Notes: generated by a model from the letters alone, not told the origin. Shown: positions 39,351-52,140, counted from the whole stretch's first letter. The stretch: 63,514 nt of DNA, filler included, from Chiloscyllium plagiosum (GCF_004010195.1; 12 parts of 12 records of this genome joined end to end with filler, not necessarily neighbours in it); one strand, 5' to 3'. Numbers and translations are program-made.

Positions 39351-39808
39351 CTGCAAAATATTTGAGACAAATATAAATCAACTATAAAAATCCAGAATCA
39401 ATATCGCGATTTCACTAAATATTAAAATATGCCATTTTTAATTTGGGATTTATTCACTTTCATTTTCTAAAAGGAGCAGAATGGTATCCATGATGTTCAG
39501 TAAAAGATGTTAAAAGTTTAATGTGAAAGTCGCCTCCATGTTTCCAGCCCACAACAAGGACATTCTGGCCATTTGTCATTGCTGATGGTGACTTCACACC
39601 CCAGGCTTCTACCCACCTTATCTGACTTAACCAGAATAGAATATCCTTTGGTCTGTCTCTTTCTGAATCAGCTACTTACCTATCCTGCCATCAGACGCAT
39701 CATTAATGCTCCCAACGGTGTTTGCTCATTACCAATCAAAGCCTGCCATTGGTGTAACTGGATCTGGATCATACATGGGATCCTTTGTGTTTTAATCTCA
39801 CCGCTCAC

Positions 39809-40111
39809 CTTTCTCCTTGTGGATGGAGTCTCTCAGCGGAGTCGGTAGATTCTGTGGTACACATTCAAAAGTAACGCCACTCAGCCAGGCTTCAGTAGAA
39901 ACGTCTAATTTGATGAACACGCTGTCGGGATTCTGTCCAGGCTGGTCAGCAATTTCTAATTTCAGAGGCTTCTTTTCTTCTATCCAGGTGACGCTGACTA
40001 CAGAAGGAAGATTGGACACAATGCAGGTTAACGTCACCATCGCCTCCACTAAGACCTGTTCTCCTGGCGGCGGGAGGATTTTAACTGTGTAATCATGGCA
40101 CACAGTATCTC
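39809..40111 (-). CDS. IGHM: IgM Cmu3 exon with an in-frame 6-nt deletion
   Basis: [27 protein letters not shown]...W...[20 protein letters not shown]; paralogues read FECVVYHQ; AG/GT intact; 458-bp intron to Cmu4. Confidence 0.9.
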
Positions 40112-41105
40112 CTATGAAACAGAAATCAAAATCAATGGAAAATGCCTCTTTAGGATGAAAACACCCACTCTTCAGGTTATTTCCTCACAAGATGAAGTAA
40201 CCACCTTCAAAATGGCAACTTCCAACTATTGCTGAAACGATGCTTACTACTGTTTATGTATTTTGATCTGTGAAAGCATTTGTGATTACCTATAACATAC
40301 CCTGTGTAATTATTCCTAAAGAACACTGGCTTTGTAACAAGTGAAACCTGTGAAAAAAGTAAAATCATTGAAGATACCACAATGTAATCCATGAAGTTAC
40401 CTTTCTTTCAGAGTTGGTCTCTCACTTAAGATCATCTATTGATACTTGGGACAAGAGTCATCTGTATATAATGAGTTCATTTCTATGTGCATGAACGTTC
40501 CGTGCAAATGCTGCTGGTCACGCTGAGTGCCAAATCAGATCCCGAATTTCGGACAAATTTTAATTAATCCTAATTATTGTCTTTGTCTTCATGCATTTGC
40601 AGAGGTTCTAAAGTGTTACAGGAGCAGTGAATGGCCATGGAAATTCTGTTCATTATATTTAATGTGATCAAAAATACTTGGCATTATTGGTGTGAGATCA
40701 TTCTCTAATTTATGACGTTATTCCTCGTGGGCTGAATTTGGAGGAGATCTGAAAACAAGACACTGAGTGCAGCACTGGACATCATGAAGGACACCCATCC
40801 CCTCAAGTCTTTCCCTCCATTCAATGAGGTCATGACTGGTCTGTACATTCACTTTCTTTACCAAGCTGCATTTTTTACTTTCTTCATTGAACACAAAAAA
40901 AACAAGCAGAAGCATCTTAAATTAATCTACAAACTTGATGGAAATGTGCACAGGTTTTATTCAGATGTCTCATACTCACTGTGTAAACATCTCCATCCCA
41001 AATCANNNNNNNNNNNNNNNNNNNNNNNNNNNNNNNNNNNNNNNNNNNNTTAATTAATTAANNNNNNNNNNNNNNNNNNNNNNNNNNNNNNNNNNNNNNN
41101 NNNNN

Positions 41106-41880
41106 GAGGGGGAGTTGAAATGTTGGGCCTGGGTGTCCTGGAGATGTTCCCTAAAGCGCTCTGCTAGGAGGCGTCCAGTCTCCCCAATTTAGAGGACACC
41201 GCATCGGGTGCAACGGATTCAATAAATGATATTGGTGGATGTGCTGGTAAAAATTTGATGGATGTGGAAGGCTCTTTTGGGGCCTCAGATAGAGGTCAGA
41301 GAGGAGGTGTGGGCAGAGGTTTTGCAATTCCTGCGTGGCAGGGGAGGGTGTCAGGATGGGAGGGTAGGTTGTTGGGGGGGCATGGACCCAACGAGGAAGT
41401 CATGGAGGGAACGGTCTTTGCGGAAAGCAGGAATGGTGGGGAGGGAAATATATCCCTGGTGGTGGAGTCCGTTTGGAGGTGGCGGAAATGTCGTCGGATT
41501 ATGTGGTTTATGCGAAGGTTGGTAGGGTGGAAGGTGAGCACCGAGGCGTTCTGTCCTTGTTACGGTTGGAGGGGTGGGGTTTGAGGGCAGAGGGGTGGGA
41601 TGTCAACGAGATGCGTTGGAGGGCATCTTTGACCAAATGGGAAGGGAAATTGCGGTCTCTAAAGAAGGAGGCCATCTGGTGTGTTCTGTGGTGGAACTGG
41701 TCCTCCTGGGAGCAAATATGGCGGAGGCGGAGGAATTGGGAATACGGGATGGCATTTTTGCAAGAGGTAGGCTGGGAAGAGGTGGGTTTGTAAAAAATGT
41801 CAGTGTCAAGTCGGCTATCATTAATGGAGATGGAGTGGTCCAGGAAGGGGAGGGAGGTGTCAGAGATGGTCCAGGTGGTC
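41106..41880 (-). mobile_element. Penelope-like element RT C-terminus plus GIY-YIG endonuclease fragment
   Basis: LPFLD, IFYKPT, AIPYSQFLRLRHICS, LTFHPT, then NIIY*IRCTRCGVL*IGETGRLLAERFREHL. Confidence 0.9.
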
Positions 41881-42598
41881 ATTAATGGAGATCTATTTGG
41901 AATCTTGTAACCTCCAATGATTCCAGATCAAAGGGATCATTTGAAAGTGATTGATGATTGGCTGTCAGTATGCTCTACAACGGATGTGTCATTGATTGAC
42001 AGGCCAAGTAGCCAATTGTGACAACGCCATGCTGAAATGCAGCCAATCAGCTGAATGGAATGGTCAATCTCCAAAGCACACAGAGACAGAGACTGAATCT
42101 TCTTCACCTTTATTCCCTTTTCCAGACTGATATTGACAGAAAACAGACTGCAATGAACAGCCCAGACAGAGGAAGCTGCAAAAATTCACAGCCACATTGG
42201 AGCTTGAGGAAAAGACTTGTGGAGGTTTTCTCAATAACATAAGAATCCTGTCCCTTCAAACAGTGCTAAAACCTTAAATTGGAACTGGCAGCTGAGCAGG
42301 AAGGAGATCTGGTTTACTGAAGCAGAGACTTCTGAGGTTCACATTGTTTTGTACAACGGATAGTCTTCAGCAACTTCAAGAGATTTTACTTGGCATCACA
42401 AGTCAACACTGTCCCCATGAAACACTCCCAGAACAGGGACAGCATGAGGTTTGACACAGCGTAAAGCTCTATCGAGAGTGTCCCAATGAACTTCCATAAC
42501 CCCTGAACCTCAGAAATGTCTCTTCGCCAGTCCTGAGAAGGAAGAGAGTTGAAATTCAGTGCTGACAATGACCTTTGTCCTGCCAGCTCAGCCCTGTT

Positions 42599-42969
42599 CT
42601 ATTTAAAGTTGTGTCTCCTCTGTGGACTGTCTTGAACACTGTACACACATTCTGATCTCCTGATGCTCTTGCTGAGGGTAAAGGGGAGGGTCACGTGGGT
42701 GAGGGCACAGGAGAAGCGAGCGTTGGACTCCCAGTCAGACCCAGAGAGGTTCAGCAGGCTGCTGACACTGTAGGTGCTGTCCGAAGTTCTCAGGTTGTTG
42801 CTGGTCTGAACCCCGTCCGAAATGACTGCACCATCCTTCTTCCACTGCACCTCCAGCTCATCAGGATAGAAGTGATTGGCAAGGCACACCAGGGTGGCAG
42901 TGCCCTTGGCATTGACCTGCTCCGGGGAGGGGGGCAGCAGGGTCAGCTTGGGCTGAGAGTTCTCACGGC
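42599..42969 (-). CDS. IGKC: Ig kappa (NS4/type III) C exon with stop-loss extension
   Basis: RENSQPKLTLLPPSPEQVNAKGTATLVCLANHFYPDELEVQWKKDG...FSCALTH...SECV then TAC instead of TAG, adding YSVQDSPQRRHNFK; AATAAA at 42109-42114. Confidence 0.9.
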
Positions 42970-43539
42970 CTGAAAGACAAGAGAAACAATTTTAATCCCT
43001 GCCTTTCGAAGGGATTTTAACTCTCTGAACATTCACTGGCAAAACAATCCATTTGAACATGTGTAGCCAATAGCTAACAAACCCCATAAATAAACAGACA
43101 TTGTTCAAATTGCTTTTTAGGATGTGGGTGTCACTGATAGGATCAGCATTTATTGCCCATCCCTAATTACCCAGAGGGCAGTTTCGAGTCAACCACATTG
43201 CTGTGGGTCTGGAGTCACATGGTAAGGATGGCAGTTTCCTTCCCTAAAGGACATCAGGGAATCAGATGGCTTTTTCCTGACAATCGACAGTTGTTTCATG
43301 GTCATCATTAGACTCTTAATTACAGATTTTTACAATTGAATTCACATTCCACCATCTAACCCTGGCCCCCAGAACATTAATCTGGATATCTGGATGAACA
43401 GCTCAGCAAGAGTACCATTAAATCATCACCTCCTTTATCTTATTTTTAGCTGAGAGTGAAAGCAAGAAGTTTGTTTCTGAACAGGGTGATTAGAAAAAGC
43501 ACAACTGAAAGACTCCCAGTTCCTCCCAAAAAAGATTGG

Positions 43540-44290
43540 TTCCTTGAAAGTGGAGTTGGAGGTGGGTAGGGGGGGGTGACGAATTCATTTGGCATGCTTT
43601 CCTTTATTGGGCAATGCATTGAGTATTGGAGTTTGGAGCTGTTGCACCTGTATAGGACATTAGTTTGGCCCCTTTTGGAATACTGTGTGGAATTCTGGCC
43701 TCCCTGCTGTAGGAAAAGTGTTGGGAACCTTAAAATGGTTCAGAAAAGGTTTCCAAGGATGTTGCCAAGTTGGAGGGTTTGAGCGATCGGGAGAGGCTGA
43801 ACAGGCTGAGACTATTTTCCCTGGATCGCTGGAGGCTGAGGGATGACCATATCGAGGTTTCTAACATCATGGGGGGCATTGATCAAGTGAAACAAGAAGA
43901 TATTTTGGTCAGAGTGAAGGAGTCCAGAACTAGAGGGCATAGGTGGAAAGTATCAGGAGAACGATTTAAATGGGAACTAAGGCATAACTTATTCCTGCCG
44001 AGGGTGGTACATTTTTGGAATGAGCTGCCAGAGGAAGTGGTGGAGGCTGGTATGATAACATTTAAAAGGCATTTGTATGGGTATATGAATAGGAAGCGTT
44101 TAGAAGGATATGGGCCAAATGCTGACAAATGGGACTAGATTAAATTAGATTATCTGGTCAGCATGGATGAGTTGGACAGAAGGGTCTGTTCCTGGGCTGT
44201 ACATCTCTCTGACTCTATGTCTCTGTGGCTGGCATGGATGAGTCAGATCGAAGAGTCTGTTTCTGTGCTGTACATCTCCATGACTCTAAT
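43540..44290 (+). mobile_element. CR1 LINE 3' fragment
   Basis: LYRTLVWPLLEYCVEFWPP; RERLNRLRLFSLDRWRLRDDHIEV; WNELPEEVVEAG. Confidence 0.9.
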
Positions 44291-45290
44291 TGTGTTTCAA
44301 TCAAGCCCTCAGCACCTCAGGCTCTCCCAAAACATTTACATTTTGTTTGAAAACCAGTCAATTTTGCAATTTCAGGAAAGGGGCAGACAATTTCTACACA
44401 GCAAGATCCCACTGGAAGCAATGAGATCAAAGAGCATTCTTCATGATTTTGGTTCAAGGATAAATATTGTCCTGAACTCAACCCAAAGAGAAAGTAATTT
44501 GGTTCAGTTGGATGGAAAATGAGAAAATGGAGGGTTAAGGAGAAGGTAGGATTACTGGTTAGTGATGGGATTGATTGTGACCAGAAAATAAAAGGAAGGG
44601 ACAGAATTTTTGAATATTAAAGGGATCATAAAATTTCAGGGAAAATCAATAATAGATCAAACGTAAAGACTTTGTGTCTAAATGCACGAAGCAATCCGCG
44701 TGAGGTAGAAAAATGATGTCACAAATCAAGGTAAATTGAGTTTCGAAGGAATTTAAACTAGTTAAAGTGGAGAAGGGNNNNNNNNNNNNNNNNNNNNNNN
44801 NNNNNNNNNNNNNNNNNNNNNTTAATTAATTAANNNNNNNNNNNNNNNNNNNNNNNNNNNNNNNNNNNNNNNNNNNNGGTTTCGAGGGATGTAAGCCAAA
44901 TGCTGGCAAACGGGATGAGTTCAGTGAGATCAGAGACTGGGACAGGGAGCCAGACCTCACATCAAACTCTGCCCGTGTCTGTCACACTGAGACTGGCAGG
45001 AAGCTACTCACTGATTTCACTCCATGCTGCAGGAATGGGACCACCGTCTGCAAATGGACAGAGCTCCTCCACACGGTGAGTAAAACTGACTGACTTATAT
45101 CTTGCTGCTTAAACGGAGCAATGGAACTAAAGAAATACAGCTGGACACCCTGTTGGACACAGTGATCCTCAATTAACCATTTCATTCACTGCAGCTTCTC
45201 ACTAACACCTTCAACAATTCAGCATTTGTGTTTTAGAAATTGTGTTTAGAAATTGAAAGGGTTAATAACGGAGGTTTGAGGTTTACTTAC

Positions 45291-45618
45291 TCAGTCTGAG
45301 CTTGGTTCCTTTATCGAACATAAGAGTAGCTGTTATACTACATACAGTAATAGTCAGCGACATCCTCATTCTGAACGTTGCTGATTGTCAGGGTGAAACT
45401 GGTCCCATATCCTCTGCCAGTGAATCGCTCGGAGACTCCTGTGTTTCGAGTTGTTGCATCATAGATCAGGAGAGAGGGTTTCTGTCCTTCTCGCTGCTGG
45501 TACCAGTTAACCCACTTGCTCACAGATTGACTGGCCGTACAGGTATTGGTTGCGATCTGGCCCAGTTCCACTGACAGCACCGGGGGTGACTGGGTCATGG
45601 TGATGTCCCCACTGATAC
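45291..45618 (-). pseudogene. IGKV: Pre-joined Vk-Jk exon, non-functional
   Basis: [13 protein letters not shown]...[13 protein letters not shown] fused with no RSS to out-of-frame MFDKGTKLRL and a GTAAGT donor. Confidence 0.93.
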
Positions 45619-45804
45619 CTGAGGGGTCAGAGAGAAACACAGTGAAGTCAGAACTGTCACAGAAAGAGCCTGTCAAATGAGAGATTGTTGGAGACACTGA
45701 GCTTTCCTCTGGTTTCAGCATTTTCCCTTCAATCACAAGTCAGTGGAATTGGAGTGAAATGGAGAGCAGCTAAAGATTCAAGGTGGAAGGAGAGAGATTT
45801 GTAC

Positions 45805-45852
45805 CTGCAACACAGAATGCAGGGGCCAGATCAGCTGGATGTGTGAAATCAT
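45805..45852 (-). pseudogene. IGKV: Vk leader exon with 1-nt deletion
   Basis: 48 bp versus 49 bp in the paralogue at 48079-48127 (AATGCAGGGG vs AATGCCAGGGG). Confidence 0.88.
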
Positions 45853-46786
45853 GGTGTGTGCTCCTGTCCCTGTGCCTGGTTCCTGATAAACTCTCCCTTC
45901 ACTGGGCTCTACTTTANNNNNNNNNNNNNNNNNNNNNNNNNNNNNNNNNNNNNNNNNNNNTTAATTAATTAANNNNNNNNNNNNNNNNNNNNNNNNNNNN
46001 NNNNNNNNNNNNNNNNGTGTTTTTCTCCCCTGCTCTACGAAGAAATTTTTAAAAATGCAGCTTGGTAAATAAAGTGAAAGTACAGACCAGTTATGAACTA
46101 ACTGAATGGAGGGAAAGACTTAAGGAGATGGGTGTCCTTTCCGATATCCAATGCTGTGCTCAATGTCTTGTTTTCAGATCTACTCCAAACACAGCCCACG
46201 AGGAACAATGACATAAATTAGAGAATGACATCACACCAATAACGCAAAGTATCTTTGATCACGTTAAATATAATGAACAGAATTTCCATGCCTGTTCACC
46301 ACTCCTGTAACACTTCAGAACTCTGCAAAGAGAATAATTATTATTTATTATAATTTGTCCAAAATTTGGGATGTGATTTGGCAGTCTGTGTGACCAGCAC
46401 AGGGTTATGAACATGGAAATTAACTCATTATATTCAGATTACTCTTGTCACAAGTATCAATAGATGGTCACAAGTGAGAGACAAACTCTGAAAGAAAGGT
46501 AATTCCATGAGTTACATGATGGTATCTTCGATTATTTTACTTCTTTCGCAGGTTTCACTTGTTACAAATCCAGTGTTCTTTCGGAATAATTACACAGGGT
46601 ATGTCATAGGTAATCACAAATGCTTTCACAGATCAAAATACATCAACAATAGTAAGCATCATTTCAGCAATGGTTGGAGTTGCCAATTTGAAGGTGGTGT
46701 CTTCACACTGTGAAGAAGTAATCTGAAGATTGGCTGTTTGTATCAGAAAGAGGCATTTTTCATTGACTTTGAGTTTTGTTTCATAG

Positions 46787-47073
46787 AAGATACCGAGTGC
46801 CATACCAACACCGTTAAAATCCTCCCACCGCCAGTAGAGCACGTCTTACTGGAGGCGACGGTGACGTTAACCTGCGTTCTGCCCAATCTTCCTTCTGGAG
46901 TCAACGTGACCTGGAAACAAGAAAAGAAGCCTCTGAAATCAGAGATTGCTGAGCAGCCTGGACAGAATCCCGACAGCGTGATCAGCAAATTAGACATTTC
47001 GACTGAAGCCTGGCTGAGTGGCGTTACTTTTGAATGTGTGGTGTATCATCAGAATCTACAGACTCCGCTGAGA
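46787..47073 (+). CDS. IGHM: IgM Cmu3 exon, truncated by gap
   Basis: [36 protein letters not shown]...[15 protein letters not shown]. Confidence 0.9.
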
Positions 47074-47567
47074 NNNNNNNNNNNNNNNNNNNNNNNNNNN
47101 NNNNNNNNNNNNNNNNNTTAATTAATTAANNNNNNNNNNNNNNNNNNNNNNNNNNNNNNNNNNNNNNNNNNNNGAGCTTCCAGTGCAGAGGCTGTACAAA
47201 AACCTCAGCTCTGTGCTTCCCTCTGTCATTCTCACCCTCTCCCTATCTCCCAGTCTGTTGATCACTCCCACCCTTTTTTTGTGTCTTTCTGTCTCTGCCT
47301 CTGGGTTGTGAACTTTATTTTTCGTTGTTAAATCTTGCAGCTGTTCTTCCCATGTGGCCATGGAGTGGAAGAGGGAAATTTGAGGCCTTCAGTGAGCGTT
47401 GAGACACCACAGGGACTGAAGTGTGTAGCAGACAGTGACCATCCCAGCATGGGGTAATTTGTTCAGTTTCATTTGTATCTAACTGTGGGATATGTCAGTT
47501 CAGGCGGTGGGACTGTGTGTCCATTATTATGCATTTTATATAACTGTGGATGCGTCAGTACAGGAGG

Positions 47568-47595
47568 TGATTTTGTATTGCTCTGTATCACTGTG
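47568..47595 (-). other. 12-spacer RSS of Vk (CACAGTG-12-ACAAAATCA)
   Basis: Consensus heptamer; counted 12-bp spacer; nonamer 7/9. A V with a 12-RSS is the kappa configuration. Confidence 0.93.
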
Positions 47596-47893
47596 TAGGG
47601 GGAGCTGCTATGCTGCATACAGTAATAGTCAGCGACATCCTCATTCTGAACGTTGCTGATTTTCAGGGTGAAACTGGTCCCTGATCCACTGCCAGTGAAT
47701 CGATTGGAGACTCCTGTGAATCGAGTTGTTGCATCATAGATCAGGAGAGAGGGTTTCTGACCTTCTCGCTGCTGGAACCATTTAACCCACTTGCTAACAG
47801 ATTGACTGGCCGTACAGGTGATGGTTGCGGTCTGGCCCAGTCCGACTGACAGCAACGGGGGAGACTGGGTCATGGTGATGTCCCCACTGATAC
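47596..47893 (-). CDS. IGKV: Ig kappa V exon, unrearranged, intact
   Basis: [53 protein letters not shown]...[35 protein letters not shown]. Confidence 0.95.
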
Positions 47894-48078
47894 CTGAGGG
47901 GTCAGACAGAAACACAGTGAAGTCAGAACTGTCACAGAAAGAGCCTGTCAAATGAGAGATTGTTGGAGACACTTAGCATTCCTCTGGTTTCAGCATTTTC
48001 CCTTCAATCACAAGTCAGTGGAATTGGAGTGAAATGGAGAGCAGCTAAAGATCGAGGTGGAAGGAGAGAGATTTGTAC

Positions 48079-48127
48079 CTGCGACACAGAATGCCAGGGG
48101 CCAGATCAGCTGGATGTGTGAAATCAT
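48079..48127 (-). CDS. IGKV: Vk leader exon MISHIQLIWPLAFCVA(G)
   Basis: ATG, 49 bp, GT donor, phase 1. Confidence 0.92.
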
Positions 48128-48187
48128 GGTGTGTGCTCCTGTCCCTGTGCCTGGTTCCTGATAAACTCTCTCTTCACTGGGCTCTGC

Positions 48188-48241
48188 TTTATAAAGCTGC
48201 AGCCTGTGAGAGTCTGACTGGGTGTTCCTCAGTATGTAAAT
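48188..48241 (-). promoter_or_regulatory. Vk promoter: TATA plus octamer variant ATTTACAT
   Basis: TTTATAAA at ~48189-48196 and ATTTACAT (one mismatch to ATTTGCAT) at 48234-48241 on the gene strand. Confidence 0.65.
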
Positions 48242-50330
48242 GGAATCAGGCAGAGAGAGCCACATCAGCTCCTCACACTTCCTCTTCTCTCTCTCTCTCT
48301 CTTTGTCTCAGAGAGTGATTGATGTGAACAACACTGAATGAGGCCATTTGGCCCATTGTATCTGTGCTGGTAAACAGCGATCTGATGACACTAATCCCAT
48401 CCTCCAGCTCTTGGCCCATTACCCTGGAGGCTACAGCAACACAAGGGAATATCTAAACACTGCTCCAATGTCACAAGAGTTTGTGAGTCAACCAGCCTTT
48501 CAGGCAGTGAGTTCCAGACTCCCACCACCTGAGCGAAAACATTTCTCCTCAATTCTCCTCTCACTCTGCAACTCGACTGGGCCTGAATTCACTCGAGTTT
48601 AGAAGGATGAGAGGGGATCTGACTGAAACATATAAAATTCTAACAGGCCCGGGCAGNNNNNNNNNNNNNNNNNNNNNNNNNNNNNNNNNNNNNNNNNNNN
48701 TTAATTAATTAANNNNNNNNNNNNNNNNNNNNNNNNNNNNNNNNNNNNNNNNNNNNTTGAGAGTCAACATTTCCCTTCCCACAGCCCTTCTTAAAATGTC
48801 TTGTTCCAGGGAATCACTGACGCAGAGAATATTTCACCTTTCCTGGGAAAGTCGGAGAAATATTAAATGTCAAGGAGCTGTTTCTCAACCTTCAGGGTCT
48901 GACAGAAGGATGTGTGTAGTCTGTGGATTCTGGAGACAGATCACTGAGATATTCCTCACTCCCATCAACACCTGACTTTATTCAGACATCAGTTTCTATT
49001 CTTCATTATAAAGTACCCCCACCAGTTTCAGACGGGACATTTCACACCCAGCCACCATTTCCTCACACTGGAATCAAGAACCAAACTTGCCCCATCTCAG
49101 GATTGCCCTCTGAATGTGGTGTCAGTGTGTTAATGCTGTGATTGAATGAAAGAGCCACGGTGGAATCTGGGACTGAGTCCAAGAAGTTTCTGAGCCACCA
49201 GCAGCCTTCCCGCTGTGTGAGGGTCTGTTTGGATAAGATTTCAGCCCCATTGATTCCCACTGATACTAAAGTCCTCGAGTGAGATTATTGGAGTCACATG
49301 TGGACTAAGGGAGGGACTTGGAGGAGGGGCGTTGGACAATGAGCTGCTCTGGAATCCACCCTGAGCCCTGGATGATCCTCACTGAGATGGCCCAGGGGCT
49401 ACAGAATATGGCAGCAGAAAGTGGAACCAGTTTATCATTGTCCTCCCCAGCCGTAACCCCCACACTCCCCCTGGCATGAACATTCTCAATCTGACCCCAG
49501 GGACACACCGGACAATTTCATCTCATTTGAAGAGTAAAGAAAGCCCAGGTCTAATTTATGGAATATTTATTTCCCAAATTGTTATTGTGCAATTGTTATT
49601 CTGAGTAACAAGGTCCTGCTTGTCATATTCATCAAAAAAGGGAGCCAGAGCCACTGGGAACCCGAACAGTTGATTTAAATTTCTTGGCTTGTGATCTTGT
49701 TGTGCCTAAGGGATGGGTGAGCGTTGATGGGGAATTTCCATCAGATTATTGTATTCCCCATTGTCCCCTCCTGCCTTCCTTCTTTTCCCCATTTATTGGG
49801 AAAGATTTCATTGGGGTTGTGCATTCCTGCTGAAAGTGCCCCTTCTGGACACAATGGTAGCATTGCCCTCCTGCTCCGGGGACCGCATTGTCCCCTCTAT
49901 TCTCCCCCTTATTCTCCAGGCCTTGAGGGTGGAGGTTAACACTTCACACAGCTTTCCCTGAGGCTTCAGCTCTGGCCATTTCCAAAGCACACACGAGACA
50001 GAGACTGAATCTTCTTCATCTTTATTCCCTTTCCCAGATTGACATTGACAGAAAACAGACTGCAATTAACAGCCCAGGCAGAGGAAGGTGCACAAATTCA
50101 CAGCCACAATGGAGCTTGAGGAAAACACTTGTGGAGNNNNNNNNNNNNNNNNNNNNNNNNNNNNNNNNNNNNNNNNNNNNNNNNNNNNNNNNNNNNNNNN
50201 NNNNNNNNNNNNNNNNNNNNNNNNNNNNNNNNNNNNNNNNNNNNNNNNNNNNNNNNNNNNNNNNNNNNNNNNNNNNNNNNNNNNNNNNNNNNNNNNNNNN
50301 NNNNNNNNNNNNNNNNNNNNNNNNNNNNCT

Positions 50331-50659
50331 CTACACACATTCTGATTTCCTGATGCTCTTGCTGAGGGGAGAGGTGAGGGTCATGTGGGTGAGGGCACAG
50401 GAGAAGCGAGCGTTGGACTCCCAGTCAGACCCAGAGAGGGTCAGCAGGCTGCTGACACTGTAGGTGCTGTCCGAAGCTCGCAGGTAGTTGCTGGTCTGAA
50501 CCCCGTCCGAAATGACTGCACCGTCCTTCTTCCACTGCACCTCCAGCTCATCGGGATAGAAGTGATTGGCAAGGCACACCAGATTGGCAGTGCCCTTGGC
50601 ATTGACCTGCTCCGGGGAGGGGGGCAGCAGGGTCAGCTTGGGCTGAGTATTCTTACGGC
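50331..50659 (-). CDS. IGKC: Ig kappa C exon, intact
   Basis: RKNTQPKLTLLPPSPEQV...CLANHFYP...W...FSCALTHMTLTSPLSKSIRKSECV*; AG acceptor; AATAAA downstream near 50021. Confidence 0.93.
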
Positions 50660-51891
50660 CTGAAAGACAAGAGAAGCAATTTGAATCCCTGCCTTTTGAA
50701 GGGATTTTAACTCTCTGAACATGAACTGGCAAAACAGTCCATTTTGAACATTTGTATTCAATACCTAACAAACCCCATAAAAGAACAGACATTGTTTAAA
50801 GTGCATCTTGGGATGTGGGTGTCACTGGTAGTGCCAGCATTTATTGCCCATCCCTAATTGCCTCTGAGAAGGTGATGGTGAAAGAGAAGGGACAGTCTTG
50901 GACCATCGTTTATGGAATGAATGTGGGCAGCTGGAAGGGCTATCAATGGGGGAGCATTTCAGTGACAGTGATCAGAACTCAGTGAGATTGAGAGGAGGGA
51001 TGAAAATGGAGAACCATGGGGCAAGTGTAAAAGTTTTCATTTGGGAACAAACCATTTTACTGAACTGGGCAGCGATTGGGTAAAAGTGAGCTGAAAGACA
51101 AAATGCAGGGGTGAAATTAAGCAGAACCTGAGGAAAGCAAAGAGCTGACAGGATGAGATGTGTCCAAACGAAGTGAAGGAAATCCCAGTGATGTTTATAA
51201 TCACAGAAAGAACAAGAAGAGAATGAGGGAATGTAGGAGGCCCATTCGAGAGCAGGAAGGGAACTTGTGTGCGGTGGTGCAAGATGGAGCAATGGTTCCT
51301 CATGAAATCTTTCGGTCGGTTTTCACAAAAGAGAGGGACAAAGCAGAAACTGTAGTTCAGAAGGAGGAGGACTGTGCAACATTGGAACGGCATCTTTCAC
51401 ATCTGAAAGACTCCTAGTTCATCCAAAGAAACGGAAGATTCATGCTGTCCCAAAGACATTTGCAGACAGTGTGGGACTTGTTTGAAATGAGGTCACTGAA
51501 GGAATGCAGGAAATGTGGAAGCCAGATTGTACACAGCAAGATCCCACAAGCAACAATGAACCAAGGAACATTTTGAGTGATGGTTGTTCAGGGAAAAATA
51601 TCAGCCTGAAATACGATTCAAAGAGAAAATAACTGGAACAGTTGGATGAAAAATGAGAAAATGAAAGTTAAAGGAGAAGGGAGGATTGCTGGTTCATGAT
51701 GGGATTGATTGTTATCAGGAAATAAAAGGATGGGACAGAATATTGTGAATGTCATATTGTACTGAGGAAACTTAAAAGTGCAGGGAAGCTCAATTACAGA
51801 CCAAACATAAAGGCTTTGTCTCTTAATGCATGACCCATTCAGAATAATGTAGACAAAGCTTTACCACACAAACCAAGGTAAATCAAGCTTC

Positions 51892-52140
51892 GAGGAACAA
51901 GTAGATGACCTCGAAAATCAAGGTTGGAGAAAAATCTACAGATCTTGGGCTGACCTGAGCATGTAGAAGGTGAAAACCTCGCTGATTTCCTCAAGAGGTG
52001 GCTTCCGGAGTTGCTGGGCCTGGAGATCGAGTTGGGCCGGGTGAGTGTGGAGTGGGCCGACCGCATCGTGATGTGTAGGTCTGGGCCGCCCAGTGCCCCC
52101 GCCCGGTCCTAGTGCAACTCCAGCATCACAAGGAAAAGCA
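51892..52140 (+). mobile_element. L1/Tx1-clade ORF1 (RRM) fragment
   Basis: EEQVDDLENQGWRKNLQILG*PEHVEGENLADFLKRWLPELLGLEIELGRVSVEWADRI...PRPVLVQL fits L1 ORF1p DDLENRSRRNNLRI.G.PE...IERAHR...PRP. Confidence 0.75.

Noticed and set aside
38959-40111. IgNAR or IgW assignment of the heavy-chain exons
   Set aside because: The tail [20 protein letters not shown] and the domain sequences fit shark IgM; both V exons have a full FR2/CDR2, unlike VNAR.
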